A stretch of 64,000 nt of DNA from NCBI GenBank assembly GCA_963666985.2, contig CAXXIA010000002.1:448001-512000 (forward strand), written 5' to 3'. The position numbers were made by a program, and so were the translations under genes. The notes under the pieces are model-generated. The model was not told where the DNA came from. It saw only the letters and a list, made by a program, of their open reading frames with translations, and ran no database searches. The stretch is from Spirochaetia bacterium (GTDB lineage: Bacteria > Spirochaetota > Spirochaetia > DSM-2461). Below are positions 1 through 10,199 of the stretch, piece by piece (within the stretch, counting starts at the first letter, position 1; each line of letters begins with the position of its first letter).

Positions 1-881
<881 letters not shown>

Positions 882-943
882 AAACGGTCGAACAGTGGAA
901 GTAATATTCGATGGCTGAAAACCCTCCGGATTCGCTTTGGAAA

Positions 944-981
944 GGCTTTGATTCCAAAATCGCTGATTTTTGAATCACCTC
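944..981 (-). repeat. Palindromic interspersed repeat (family A), copy 1
   Basis: Reverse complement GAGGTGATTCAAAAATCAGCGATTTTGGAATCAAAGCC matches copies at 13835, 48755 and 63838. Confidence 0.85.
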
Positions 982-1103
982 GGTGAGTCATCCGGTTTTG
1001 GAGAAAACAAACCATACCACGTTCTTGTTAATCCGGATAAAATTCACTTTTTCTAAAAAAAGTTTCATGTTAGATTTTTTGAAGCTGGATTGGGGAATTA
1101 TTT

Positions 1104-1871
1104 ATGAATAAATGTCGCTTATCCGTTTCGACTATTGTTCTCTGCGGTTTGTTTTTGCCGGTATTTTTATTCGGGGAAGAAGGTGGAGGTCTTAAATTCG
1201 CGGCCCCTCCGCTGGGATATCCCGAATATTCCAACGAAAAAACTGAGAAACATAACCGGCTGACACTTTCTTATCTTCGCTACGATTCGGAGGATTTCAA
1301 TCTGTACGGTTCTTCCCTGAATATGCATACCCGCCTTTTCAACGGGAACCGGGGCTCTTTTTCCTTAAAATACGGGGCTTTCTTTGTAACGGGACAAGAA
1401 AGAGATTCTCTGTGGACCTGGGACGCATCCGCCGGTGCATGGGTATCGGAAGGAGATACGGATTTAACGGTAGGAGGAGTTTCTTTTCAGCCGCAGCTGG
1501 AATGGCAGGCCCTGAATTATCAAAAAACGTCCGGCTGGGGCTTTCGGCTGATTCCCTTTATCAGCCTGGATACGGAATTCCAATTTTTCAATCAGGAAAT
1601 GGAAGAAAATCCATACTACAGCTTACTCCTCGGTTCCAGTCCGGGTGTACAGGCCCTCATACGAATACCGGGGAATTTAACCTTCTCTCCGTTTTTTCAA
1701 CTGATCTATATGCATGTTTTTTCATTTGATGATGGAACGAAGCATTATAACAGTATCTTATTGAATTACGGATTCGACATTATCTGGAAGAATTATTCTC
1801 TCAGCGGTATAATCCAGCCGCTTCTGAACGGAAAGAGCAGCTTCACGATATCCATAGGAATCGGTTTTTAA
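1104..1871 (+). CDS. Hypothetical exported protein, probable outer-membrane beta-barrel
   Basis: N-terminal signal-like hydrophobic stretch, aromatic-rich amphipathic strands, C-terminal SFTISIGIGF ending in Phe. Confidence 0.6.
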   Translation: MNKCRLSVSTIVLCGLFLPVFLFGEEGGGLKFAAPPLGYPEYSNEKTEKHNRLTLSYLRYDSEDFNLYGSSLNMHTRLFNGNRGSFSLKYGAFFVTGQERDSLWTWDASAGAWVSEGDTDLTVGGVSFQPQLEWQALNYQKTSGWGFRLIPFISLDTEFQFFNQEMEENPYYSLLLGSSPGVQALIRIPGNLTFSPFFQLIYMHVFSFDDGTKHYNSILLNYGFDIIWKNYSLSGIIQPLLNGKSSFTISIGIGF

Positions 1872-1975
1872 AGTTTAAAACCGCCGCCGATAGTTCAAAA
1901 ACTCCTTTCCGCGGATTTAAACCATCCATGAAGTAACCGTTATATCGTCAATTCAATCATCGGCCGGGCGCAGTG

Positions 1976-3580
1976 TTAACCCGAAGGGATTTCACTTGTG
2001 GTCGAAGCGCCGTCGTTCGAGGTTTCGGGTGCGATTTGAGGAAAACGGATGGTGAATTGCGCCCCGCCTCCGGGTGCTGCGGCCGCTTCGATGGTTCCGC
2101 CGAGCTTTTCGGTTACCAAGTTTTTAACGATATTCAGTCCAAGACCGATATTGCCTTTCTGCCGGCCCGTCGTAACGAAAGGTTCAAAGAGTGTTTCCGA
2201 TACATGCGGGTCTATACCGGAACCATCGTCCCGATAGACAAGGACGACTTGTCCATCTTTTTCTTGAGCTGAAATGGATATCGCACCTTCGTCTTTATTC
2301 GCAAAACCATGGTTGCATGTATTCGTAATAAGATTAACCAGCATATGGACAAACACTCCGGGATAGGAAATAAGCCGTATTCCGGAAAGTTCGAGATGTG
2401 TCTGAATCCGCTTTTTTTTCAGCATCGGATTCATGGAAATCAAAACGTCGTCAACGATTTCATTAAGCACGAAATCCCGCTTTGTCAGACTCAATTGTTC
2501 CGAAGAAACACTCTTGAAACTCGTAACCAAATCACCGGCCCTTTTCAGATTCTTTCCGGCAATACTCGCGGCATCCAGAACACTTTTCATTAAATCTCTA
2601 TAATCGGATTCCGATAATGCCACCCCATCAACCCGCTCCATGAACGCTTCGATGGTTTCCTGCGCAAAAGACACCGCCGTTACGGCAACGCCCAAAGGTG
2701 TGTTGATTTCGTGAGCCACTCCGGCGACCAGACGAGAGGTAAGAGCCTGCTTTTCCGACTCAATCAATCGCTCGGAAGTCTGCATGAGTTCCTTTGTCCG
2801 CTTGTCGACAATCTCCTCCAGAGAATCATTTAGGTTCTGGAGTTCCTCCGTCTTACTCTGAAGAGATGAAAAGAAATAATTTATCTGCCGGGAAATGGTA
2901 TTGAGCTCATCCGGCCCCTTCTCATCAACTTCGTCAAATTCGATCCGCGAACTCAAATCACCGGATCGGCCGGCGTTCAAAACGGAAAGAATTTGTTCAA
3001 TCTGTCGGCTGATCACTTTATTGGAATTGGTAATGAAATAAGAAAGCAGCAAAGCAACGGTAATAATCACCCCGATATCGACGAGAATAAACGTCAATGT
3101 CGGTCCGATCAGTTCCGAACGCTCAATGGAAGTTCCTACCACCCAATCAAAATCAGGCAGAAACTTCAAATACATGATTTTACCGCGGGTGTTTTCTCCG
3201 GCATTCCGAGGCCACCGATATCGAAGAAGACCGTCTTTCCGTTCAAATATTTGATCGACAATTTCGGTGTACTCTTCTTTGGTGATAAATTGTTCGGCAT
3301 CGTCGGGATTCTTCAGATAAGGATGAACGACGAAATTTCCTTCTTTATCCATAATCCAGGAATATCCGGTTTCACCGACGGTTCCATGCATCACGACACT
3401 GCGTATGGCGTCCATATCCACCATGGATGTAAAATCACGGCTGTACGAGGTGGCCGTTACAATCCAGTCCGATTCGGGAAGATATTCCATGTATAAAGCT
3501 TTTTTATAGGGCTGATCTTCATCGGTATTCCGCCAATAATATTCCAGATACCCATGCCGAGCGGCCATTTGTTCCTTCAT
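1976..3580 (-). CDS. Sensor histidine kinase (Cache-TM-HAMP-HisKA-HATPase), C-terminal fragment of a split gene
   Basis: H-box LVAGVAHEINTPLG, N-box NLITN, G boxes DDGSGI, FEPFVTT, GLGL; begins in the middle of a Cache domain. Confidence 0.85.
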   Translation of the reverse strand: MKEQMAARHGYLEYYWRNTDEDQPYKKALYMEYLPESDWIVTATSYSRDFTSMVDMDAIRSVVMHGTVGETGYSWIMDKEGNFVVHPYLKNPDDAEQFITKEEYTEIVDQIFERKDGLLRYRWPRNAGENTRGKIMYLKFLPDFDWVVGTSIERSELIGPTLTFILVDIGVIITVALLLSYFITNSNKVISRQIEQILSVLNAGRSGDLSSRIEFDEVDEKGPDELNTISRQINYFFSSLQSKTEELQNLNDSLEEIVDKRTKELMQTSERLIESEKQALTSRLVAGVAHEINTPLGVAVTAVSFAQETIEAFMERVDGVALSESDYRDLMKSVLDAASIAGKNLKRAGDLVTSFKSVSSEQLSLTKRDFVLNEIVDDVLISMNPMLKKKRIQTHLELSGIRLISYPGVFVHMLVNLITNTCNHGFANKDEGAISISAQEKDGQVVLVYRDDGSGIDPHVSETLFEPFVTTGRQKGNIGLGLNIVKNLVTEKLGGTIEAAAAPGGGAQFTIRFPQIAPETSNDGASTTSEIPSG

Positions 3581-3996
3581 GGGGAAAGATGTGCCAAATC
3601 ACGTCCGACAAGATTTTCATCGGGGTGAAAAATCATTACGCCATGCGAATCAATCGCGTAGAAATAACCGGAAATTCCAACGGGAATCGACCTTAGAATT
3701 TCGAGCCTCTCTTCAAAGGAAAAATTGTCAATATCGCTTGAGGAAGGACTCAATATATCCACACCCGTTTCCACTTTTGACTGCAAATAGGCCCGAATAT
3801 AATCCTTAAGATGCACTTCAATGGCGCTTTGAATTGTTGTGGCCGACTGCTTAATCTGATTATTCGTACTGAACCATGTTGTAAAGAAAACAATGATATT
3901 TGAAATAATCAACAACAGGACCAACGGAATTGTCGAAAGACACACAATCCGGAGAGAATGGTTCTTTAATGAGAAAGATCGTCTTTTCCTCTTCAT
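3577..3996 (-). CDS. N-terminal fragment (TM plus start of Cache domain) of the adjacent kinase
   Basis: MKRKRR + TM helix, then IPVGISGYFYAIDSHGVMIFHPD (Cache motif); stop overlaps the next ATG (ATGA). Confidence 0.75.
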   Translation of the reverse strand: MKRKRRSFSLKNHSLRIVCLSTIPLVLLLIISNIIVFFTTWFSTNNQIKQSATTIQSAIEVHLKDYIRAYLQSKVETGVDILSPSSSDIDNFSFEERLEILRSIPVGISGYFYAIDSHGVMIFHPDENLVGRDLAHLSP

Positions 3997-4164
3997 AGAT
4001 ATAGAAAGTATTGTTACTGAAAATTCAGACGTCAAGAATGAGCCGAATATCTTTTGATTTTCAGATCTCTTTATAACAAAAAAATGATTCGTTTACGGGC
4101 AAGAGAAGATTCGGTCACCTATACTTTAAAACCTAACCGCAGAACTCGGGAGGGTCTTTTCGTT

Positions 4165-5079
4165 ATGAATGAAAACGTCTGGAAAATCCTTATAGTCGAC
4201 GATGAACCGGAAATCCATACCGTTACGAAGCTCGTAATGAGCCATGAAACGATTCTCGGAAAAAAACTCAATTTTTTAAGCGCCATGAACGGAGATGAGG
4301 CCCGCGTGATTCTTTCGGAGAACAAAGACATCGCCATGGTTCTTTTGGATGTTGTTATGAAAACAAATAACGAGGGGCTGGGAGTGGCGAAATGGATTCG
4401 GGAAGACCTCAACAACAAACTCATTCGAATCGTATTGAGAACGGGAAATCCCGGAGATGCACCTGAGATGAAAGTCATTACCGGATATGAAATTAACGAC
4501 TACAAAGAAAAGTCGGAACTCACCTCCAATAAACTCAGAACACTCATCTACACGAGTTTAAGAAATTATCGGGATCTCACGGTTTTGGATCACAGCCGTC
4601 AAGGACTTGAACGCATTGTTTCATCGCTTTCGGATCTGTTCGCGTTTTCATCACTTAAAGACTTACTCGCCGGCGTGATGGAACAAATTTGTTCCCATCT
4701 TTTTTTGGAGAATGGAGCTGTTTACGGACTTTGTTCCGGATTAAGCGCTTTCCGTGAAGTTTTAAGCGATGATTTCCAGATTATAGCGGCAACGGGCGAC
4801 TTCAAAGATAAAGGAACGGAAATACTCAAAGAACTTCTGCCGAACGGCATCAGCGGTTGTTCCCCCGATAATCTTCAGACTCAAGAAGAAAACCTGGAAA
4901 ACGATATATACATCCGATGTATCGATGCGTCGAATCGGGGAATTGCGGTTCTGATTTTTTCAGGTGTCGATAAATTAAATCAAGATGATAAAATCCTTCT
5001 TGACTTCTTCATCAACAACGCGGCTCAGGCAATCCGCAGTATAGCGGACAAGGAAAAAACCGACGCGATCAGCGCCTAA
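4165..5079 (+). CDS. Response regulator: receiver plus DUF3369-like domain, no output enzyme
   Basis: WKILIVDDE, LLDVVM, RIVLRTGNPGDAPE, YEINDYKEK; paralogue of the N-terminal part of 22993-24501. Confidence 0.85.
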   Translation: MNENVWKILIVDDEPEIHTVTKLVMSHETILGKKLNFLSAMNGDEARVILSENKDIAMVLLDVVMKTNNEGLGVAKWIREDLNNKLIRIVLRTGNPGDAPEMKVITGYEINDYKEKSELTSNKLRTLIYTSLRNYRDLTVLDHSRQGLERIVSSLSDLFAFSSLKDLLAGVMEQICSHLFLENGAVYGLCSGLSAFREVLSDDFQIIAATGDFKDKGTEILKELLPNGISGCSPDNLQTQEENLENDIYIRCIDASNRGIAVLIFSGVDKLNQDDKILLDFFINNAAQAIRSIADKEKTDAISA

Positions 5080-5127
5080 AACATCACCTGTTTCTCCTCT
5101 CGGCCGAAAACGGATAAAATCGGCTTT

Positions 5128-6294
5128 ATGCCGACTCGCCGCACGTTCTTCTTCGTAGTTCTCATTCCCACCCTCCTCGTCCAGACGGGGATGAATATGG
5201 TCGCCACATTCGTTCCTCTCTACGCCAGAGGTTTGGGCTCTTCCATGGCCGCGGCCGCGGTGATTGCATCAATGGTTTTTTTGGGACAGGCCATGGCCGA
5301 TCTTCCGGGCGGATTCCTTGTTTATAAGTTCGGAGAAAAACCCGTCATGATGATCGGGATGGCCCTAACGGTTATTTCCGCCGCGATCCGAATGGTCTTT
5401 AAGAACGTTGCCGTTCTTACACTTTCCATGCTTCTTTTCGGCATCGGCATTTCCTTGATTTGGATTGCCAGAATGACCTGGATGAAAAGGGAGATTCGAG
5501 GCGAAGAGAGAGGGATTTCCATGTCCTTCGTCGGCGGGGCCCTGCGCGTTGCGCTTATTCTGGGTCCGCTCGCGGGCGGATTCCTGGCTGAAAAAATCGG
5601 ATACGGATCGATGTTTCTCATCCAGGGCATTCTGGGACTCATCGCCATGCTGACGGTTCTCTTCGCAATGTCGCCGACCAAACCCACGGAGAAAGACTAT
5701 CGATTGTCTCTAGCCTCGGCGGCTTCCCGGTGGAAGGAAAGAAAACGGACCATCATTTCCGCGGCGGCCGGGATCGGAGGCCTTACGATTTTCAGGGCCG
5801 CGCGCAGCATCCTTTTTCCCCTCTGGGCCGGAGAGCTCGGCCTGGCGGAAAGCCGAGTGGGGCTGGTTATGTTCGTCGGTGCCGTCGTGGACGTTTCACT
5901 TTTCTGGCTTTCGGGAGTCATCATGACGCGTTCGGGACGGAAAACCGCGGCCATTGTCTGCACCGCGGGTTTGGCGACGGCGATAGCCCTGCTGCCTCTG
6001 GCTCATGGTTTTATGGGTCTGGCGATTCTCTCCGCGCTTGCGGGAATCGGCAACGCCATGGGCGCGGGTATCAATCTGACGGTCAGCGGAGATCTGGCAC
6101 CCAGGGAATCGCCCGAGGCCTTCTTAAGCTTTTGGCGCTTCATTATGGGACTCGCCGGTTTCGGAGGACCGGCGCTTGCCGCATGGATTATTAATCTGCT
6201 GGGTGCCGGAGCGGGGCCGCCGATGACGGCCGCGGCGGGTTTTGCCGGAGCTTTGGCCATGGCATTCTTCATGCAGGAAACACATGGTGAATGA
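5128..6294 (+). CDS. MFS transporter
   Basis: About 12 hydrophobic segments in 388 aa; motif-A-like GGFLVYKFGEK and GVIMTRSGRK. Confidence 0.9.
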   Translation: MPTRRTFFFVVLIPTLLVQTGMNMVATFVPLYARGLGSSMAAAAVIASMVFLGQAMADLPGGFLVYKFGEKPVMMIGMALTVISAAIRMVFKNVAVLTLSMLLFGIGISLIWIARMTWMKREIRGEERGISMSFVGGALRVALILGPLAGGFLAEKIGYGSMFLIQGILGLIAMLTVLFAMSPTKPTEKDYRLSLASAASRWKERKRTIISAAAGIGGLTIFRAARSILFPLWAGELGLAESRVGLVMFVGAVVDVSLFWLSGVIMTRSGRKTAAIVCTAGLATAIALLPLAHGFMGLAILSALAGIGNAMGAGINLTVSGDLAPRESPEAFLSFWRFIMGLAGFGGPALAAWIINLLGAGAGPPMTAAAGFAGALAMAFFMQETHGE

Positions 6295-6443
6295 ACCATT
6301 ATCCACGAATTCAGGGATTCTTCAGAGATAAATCATAACCGGTTCACCTATTCTCCATATTAAGGAACTAGATTATGTATCAGTTATCGTGGGTGTGAGC
6401 AGCCAGCGAGAACTTTTCATAGATTCCTCCTTTTCAGTGGTTG

Positions 6444-6477
6444 ACCGGGTCGTACGTTGTGCGGCCCGGTTTTTTTT
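6444..6477 (+). terminator. Rho-independent terminator
   Basis: ACCGGGTCGTAC/GTGCGGCCCGGT stem (with G-U pairs) followed by a T8 tract. Confidence 0.8.
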
Positions 6478-6574
6478 ACAGGCCGAATTCCGGAAAAGAA
6501 CTACGAAACACTCATGTTCCGGCCGAATACCGGCGAATACCGGACCGAAAGGCCCTCTGAAACGAAGTTAAAAT

Positions 6575-7006
6575 TTACGGAAGAAGGAAATGGAGTCCGA
6601 CGGCAACAATCGCCGCGACACAAAAACCGGCGATAACTTCGGCAAAGGAATGACCCACCGAATCAGGCAGAGTATCCGATTCTTCCATTATTTCGGAAGG
6701 AACCGTTTTTCTAAGGATTTCAATCATCGTATTCATCGTTCCCCGTACCCTTACGGCATCATAGGCCACGATAAACGCGAAAACAGCCGCAACGGCGAAT
6801 AAAGAAGAATCAAATCCCTCACGGAATCCGGCCGCGAAAGCCACCGACGCCGAAAATGCGGTATGGGTGCTGGGCATGCCCCCGGATCGGAAAATGTCGG
6901 CAAAACGGAACGTTCGCTCGGAAAAGAGCGAACATAGGATTTTCCATCCCTGACAAACAAGCAAAGAAACCAATCCGCAAATCAGCGCAACGGGCAAAAC
7001 AGTCAT
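6575..7006 (-). CDS. Divergent PAP2 family (DUF212, acid phosphatase/haloperoxidase-related) membrane protein
   Basis: SGGMPSTHTA, VAYDAVRVR and GHSFAEVIAG motifs; start uncertain (ATG at 7006 or further upstream). Confidence 0.85.
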   Translation of the reverse strand: MTVLPVALICGLVSLLVCQGWKILCSLFSERTFRFADIFRSGGMPSTHTAFSASVAFAAGFREGFDSSLFAVAAVFAFIVAYDAVRVRGTMNTMIEILRKTVPSEIMEESDTLPDSVGHSFAEVIAGFCVAAIVAVGLHFLLP

Positions 7007-7064
7007 GACGTTTATGATACGCAGGTCCCGATTATCCGTCCAGAAGACTTTGAATGCCAGGTCT

Positions 7065-10000
7065 TTAAGCCGCGCCATCTCCGGCCTCGGCGTTCTCCGT
7101 TTCCGCATTCTCTTCACCGCGGCGTTTTTCCAAAGCCTTTTTCTCCTTCCGTCCCTCGGCCATCCTGTAAAGCGTCGGAATAAGAAACAATGTCACCAAA
7201 GTGGAAGTAACAAGACCGCCGGCTATGGCCTGCCCCAAGGGAGCATAGATTCTGGATCCCGATCCTTTGGCAAAAGACAGCGGAAGAACTCCGAAGAACG
7301 TGGTCAGCGTGGTCATTAAAATGGGCCTCAGCCGCGAGACGGAACCGGAGAGAACCGCCTCATCAAGCCTCATCCCCCCCTCCCGCAGCCGGTTGATGCG
7401 GTCAACCTGAACAATGGCGTTGTTCACGACGATGCCCCCGAGAGCGACGATGCCCAGAAAGGAAACCATAGAAATATCGGAACCGAAAACCGCAAGCCCC
7501 CCGATAACCCCGATGAAGGAAAACGGAACGGAAGCCATGATGATCAGCGGCTGCAGAAATCGTTCAAACTGAATGGCCATAACGGCATAGACAAGGAAGA
7601 GGGAAATAAGAAGAACCATACCCAAATCTCCAAAGGACTCGTCAAGCAGACCGCTGACGCCCTTCAGACGCCATTGAACCCCTTCCTCCAGCGGTGTTTC
7701 GGTTAATGTACGGCGAACCCGCCGGCTGATGTCGCGAACATTCTCATCTCGCGTATAACCGATTACCGTCAGAATGCGAACTCTGTCCCGGCGGCGGATA
7801 CCGGAAACACCCATCTTTTCCTGTGATTCGGAAACCGTATCGAACGAAACAATACTTCCGCTTCCCGTCCTCAAGGGAAGTTTTGCCAAGGCGCTGGAAT
7901 CGGGAGAGGCGCCTTTCAGATCGGATGTGAGGAACACTTCCCGGTCGGGACCGCCGGCGGGACGGTAATCCCCGACGGCTGTTCCTTCAAAGGCAATCCC
8001 GGCGGCCATGGCCGCTTCGGCCGCGCTCACGCCCAATTGCCCCAGAACATCCCCGTCCAATACCGCGGCAACCGAAAGCCGATCCTGCGCAATGTCCCTT
8101 CGCGTCGCCAGAATATCCGGATCGGACGCCAAAAGGTTCTCCACGCGGTCCGCCGCTTTTACAAGATCCGGCCACGATTCGGAGGAAAGCTCCACGCGGT
8201 ATCCGGCGCCGTCGGTTCCCAGGGTGAGCATCCGATCGAAGCCTCCGTTTAAAACCGACACGGAAGTTCCCGGCAGAAGCGGCGGAAGAATGCGATGAAG
8301 ATTCTCGATAATCTTTTCCGAATCCCTCCCTCCGCGAAGTTTCTTCTTTAAAAGAATCTGGCCCCATGCCGATTCCCGGCTCCCGGCGCCGCCGGAGAAA
8401 TCATCTTCCATGCCGACATAGAACACCACGTCTTCTGTTTCGGGAACGGTACTCCGAATCGCCTCTTCCGCACGCCGAGCCGCATCCGAGGTTTCCTCCG
8501 GAGTCGAACCCGGCGGCAGTTCAAGGGATACGAAGATTTCTCTGTAATCGGCCGTCGGAATAAAGGACAGACCCATTAAATCCGCCGCCAGGACACTGAC
8601 GACCAGAATAACGGCCGCGGCAACGAGAACCTCTTTACCGATTCCCATGGACAAAGACAAACTCTTCCGGTAACTCGCTTCAATCCGAGTCATGGCCTTT
8701 CCCGGTGCATGAATACCGTTGTTTCCGCTTCTGAGCAGACTTCGGCGTGCCAACGGCGGAACCAGAAACAGGGCGGAAAATAAAGAAGCCGCCAAACACA
8801 GAACCAGGGTGAGAGAGAGATCCTTCATAATGCTGCCGATGATTCCGGTTAGAAAAATCATCGGAATAAAAACACTGACCGATGTCGTCGTAGAGGCCAG
8901 CACGGCACCGGAAACCCCTCCGACGCCGGTGAGCGCGGCCATTTCCGGAAGATCTCCCGCCGCTCGGCGCCGATGGATATTCTCAAGAACAACGATGGAT
9001 GCATCGACGACCATGCCCAGCGATACGGTAATGCCCGTAAGAGTCAGAATATTCAGCGTCTGCCCGGCCAGCTTCATGCCGGCGAAAGCGATAACAAGGC
9101 TCACCGGCAGAGAGACCGCGATAACAAGGGTATAGCGCCAATTCTTAAGAAACAGCAGAATCACCGCGACCGCCATGATGATTCCGGTTATCGCCGATCG
9201 GATAACCGCCGAGAGTGAAAGCCGGACAGTCTCGCTGTCGTCATGCAGCACGATAAACGAATACCCCTCCCCGCTTTTCTCAAGATCGGCAAGCTTCTTA
9301 CGGATATTCCGGCTCATGGAAATGGCGTTGCCCGATTCCCTTTTCGTCACCTGAACCACGATAATTTCACGACTCATCGAAAGGACCTTCTCGTCCACAT
9401 CTTCGTAAACCTCATGAATCAGTGCGACATCGGAAAGCCGAACAGGATTTCTTCCTGCCGTTCCCACCACGACGTCCGCGATGCTCTCTACGGACGGAAA
9501 CTCACCGGAGACTTTGAACGCCCAGCGGCCGCCGCGCCAGTCCACAAGCCCTGCGGGAAGAGAGATATTACGCGCCCGGAGTGCCCCGTAAACATCCTTC
9601 GGAGCAACACCGACGGCACTCATGGCATCCGTATCGAGCCTGATTTCCACGATCAAACGTCTTTCACCGTAAGTCAGTGCTCCGGCGACTCCCTCAACCG
9701 TGTACATTTGAGGAATAACGACATCTTCCACATACCGTGAAATCCTGTCGGTATCCCAAGGTCCGGCGGCGGCGAACGTAAATACCGGAATATCGGCCGA
9801 TCCCCAAGTGGAAACCGTCGGAGGCGCGGCGATACCGTCGGGAAGTTCTCCGGCCGCACGGTCCACCCTCGCTCTGACTTCCTGGAGCATGGCGTCATCT
9901 TCGGTATTTTCCGAGAAGCGAAGCCGAATAACACTTACTCCTTCACGGCTTTCCGAACTGAGATCTTTCAGCCCCGAGAGGGTGGAAAAATGATCTTCCA

Positions 10001-10199
10001 GAACCGAAGTGACTTCCTCTTCCACATCTTCCGCGCCCACTCCGGGCCACAGCGTTACCACGGACGTGGTCGGCATAACCAGGGAGGGAATGAACTCACG
10101 GTTTAAAGAGACCAGGGCGAGCAGTCCGACGAGAACGGCGCCGCCGGTGATGACGGCAACGGGAACGGGATGCCGAAGAGCCCAATCACCGGGCTTCAT
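7065..10199 (-). CDS. RND efflux permease (AcrB/AcrD/AcrF family)
   Basis: About 1040 aa; WPGVGAEDVEEEVT, SESREGVS, GMVVDASIVVLENI, GIVVNNAIV, RLRPILMTTLTT. Confidence 0.95.
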   Translation of the reverse strand: MKPGDWALRHPVPVAVITGGAVLVGLLALVSLNREFIPSLVMPTTSVVTLWPGVGAEDVEEEVTSVLEDHFSTLSGLKDLSSESREGVSVIRLRFSENTEDDAMLQEVRARVDRAAGELPDGIAAPPTVSTWGSADIPVFTFAAAGPWDTDRISRYVEDVVIPQMYTVEGVAGALTYGERRLIVEIRLDTDAMSAVGVAPKDVYGALRARNISLPAGLVDWRGGRWAFKVSGEFPSVESIADVVVGTAGRNPVRLSDVALIHEVYEDVDEKVLSMSREIIVVQVTKRESGNAISMSRNIRKKLADLEKSGEGYSFIVLHDDSETVRLSLSAVIRSAITGIIMAVAVILLFLKNWRYTLVIAVSLPVSLVIAFAGMKLAGQTLNILTLTGITVSLGMVVDASIVVLENIHRRRAAGDLPEMAALTGVGGVSGAVLASTTTSVSVFIPMIFLTGIIGSIMKDLSLTLVLCLAASLFSALFLVPPLARRSLLRSGNNGIHAPGKAMTRIEASYRKSLSLSMGIGKEVLVAAAVILVVSVLAADLMGLSFIPTADYREIFVSLELPPGSTPEETSDAARRAEEAIRSTVPETEDVVFYVGMEDDFSGGAGSRESAWGQILLKKKLRGGRDSEKIIENLHRILPPLLPGTSVSVLNGGFDRMLTLGTDGAGYRVELSSESWPDLVKAADRVENLLASDPDILATRRDIAQDRLSVAAVLDGDVLGQLGVSAAEAAMAAGIAFEGTAVGDYRPAGGPDREVFLTSDLKGASPDSSALAKLPLRTGSGSIVSFDTVSESQEKMGVSGIRRRDRVRILTVIGYTRDENVRDISRRVRRTLTETPLEEGVQWRLKGVSGLLDESFGDLGMVLLISLFLVYAVMAIQFERFLQPLIIMASVPFSFIGVIGGLAVFGSDISMVSFLGIVALGGIVVNNAIVQVDRINRLREGGMRLDEAVLSGSVSRLRPILMTTLTTFFGVLPLSFAKGSGSRIYAPLGQAIAGGLVTSTLVTLFLIPTLYRMAEGRKEKKALEKRRGEENAETENAEAGDGAA

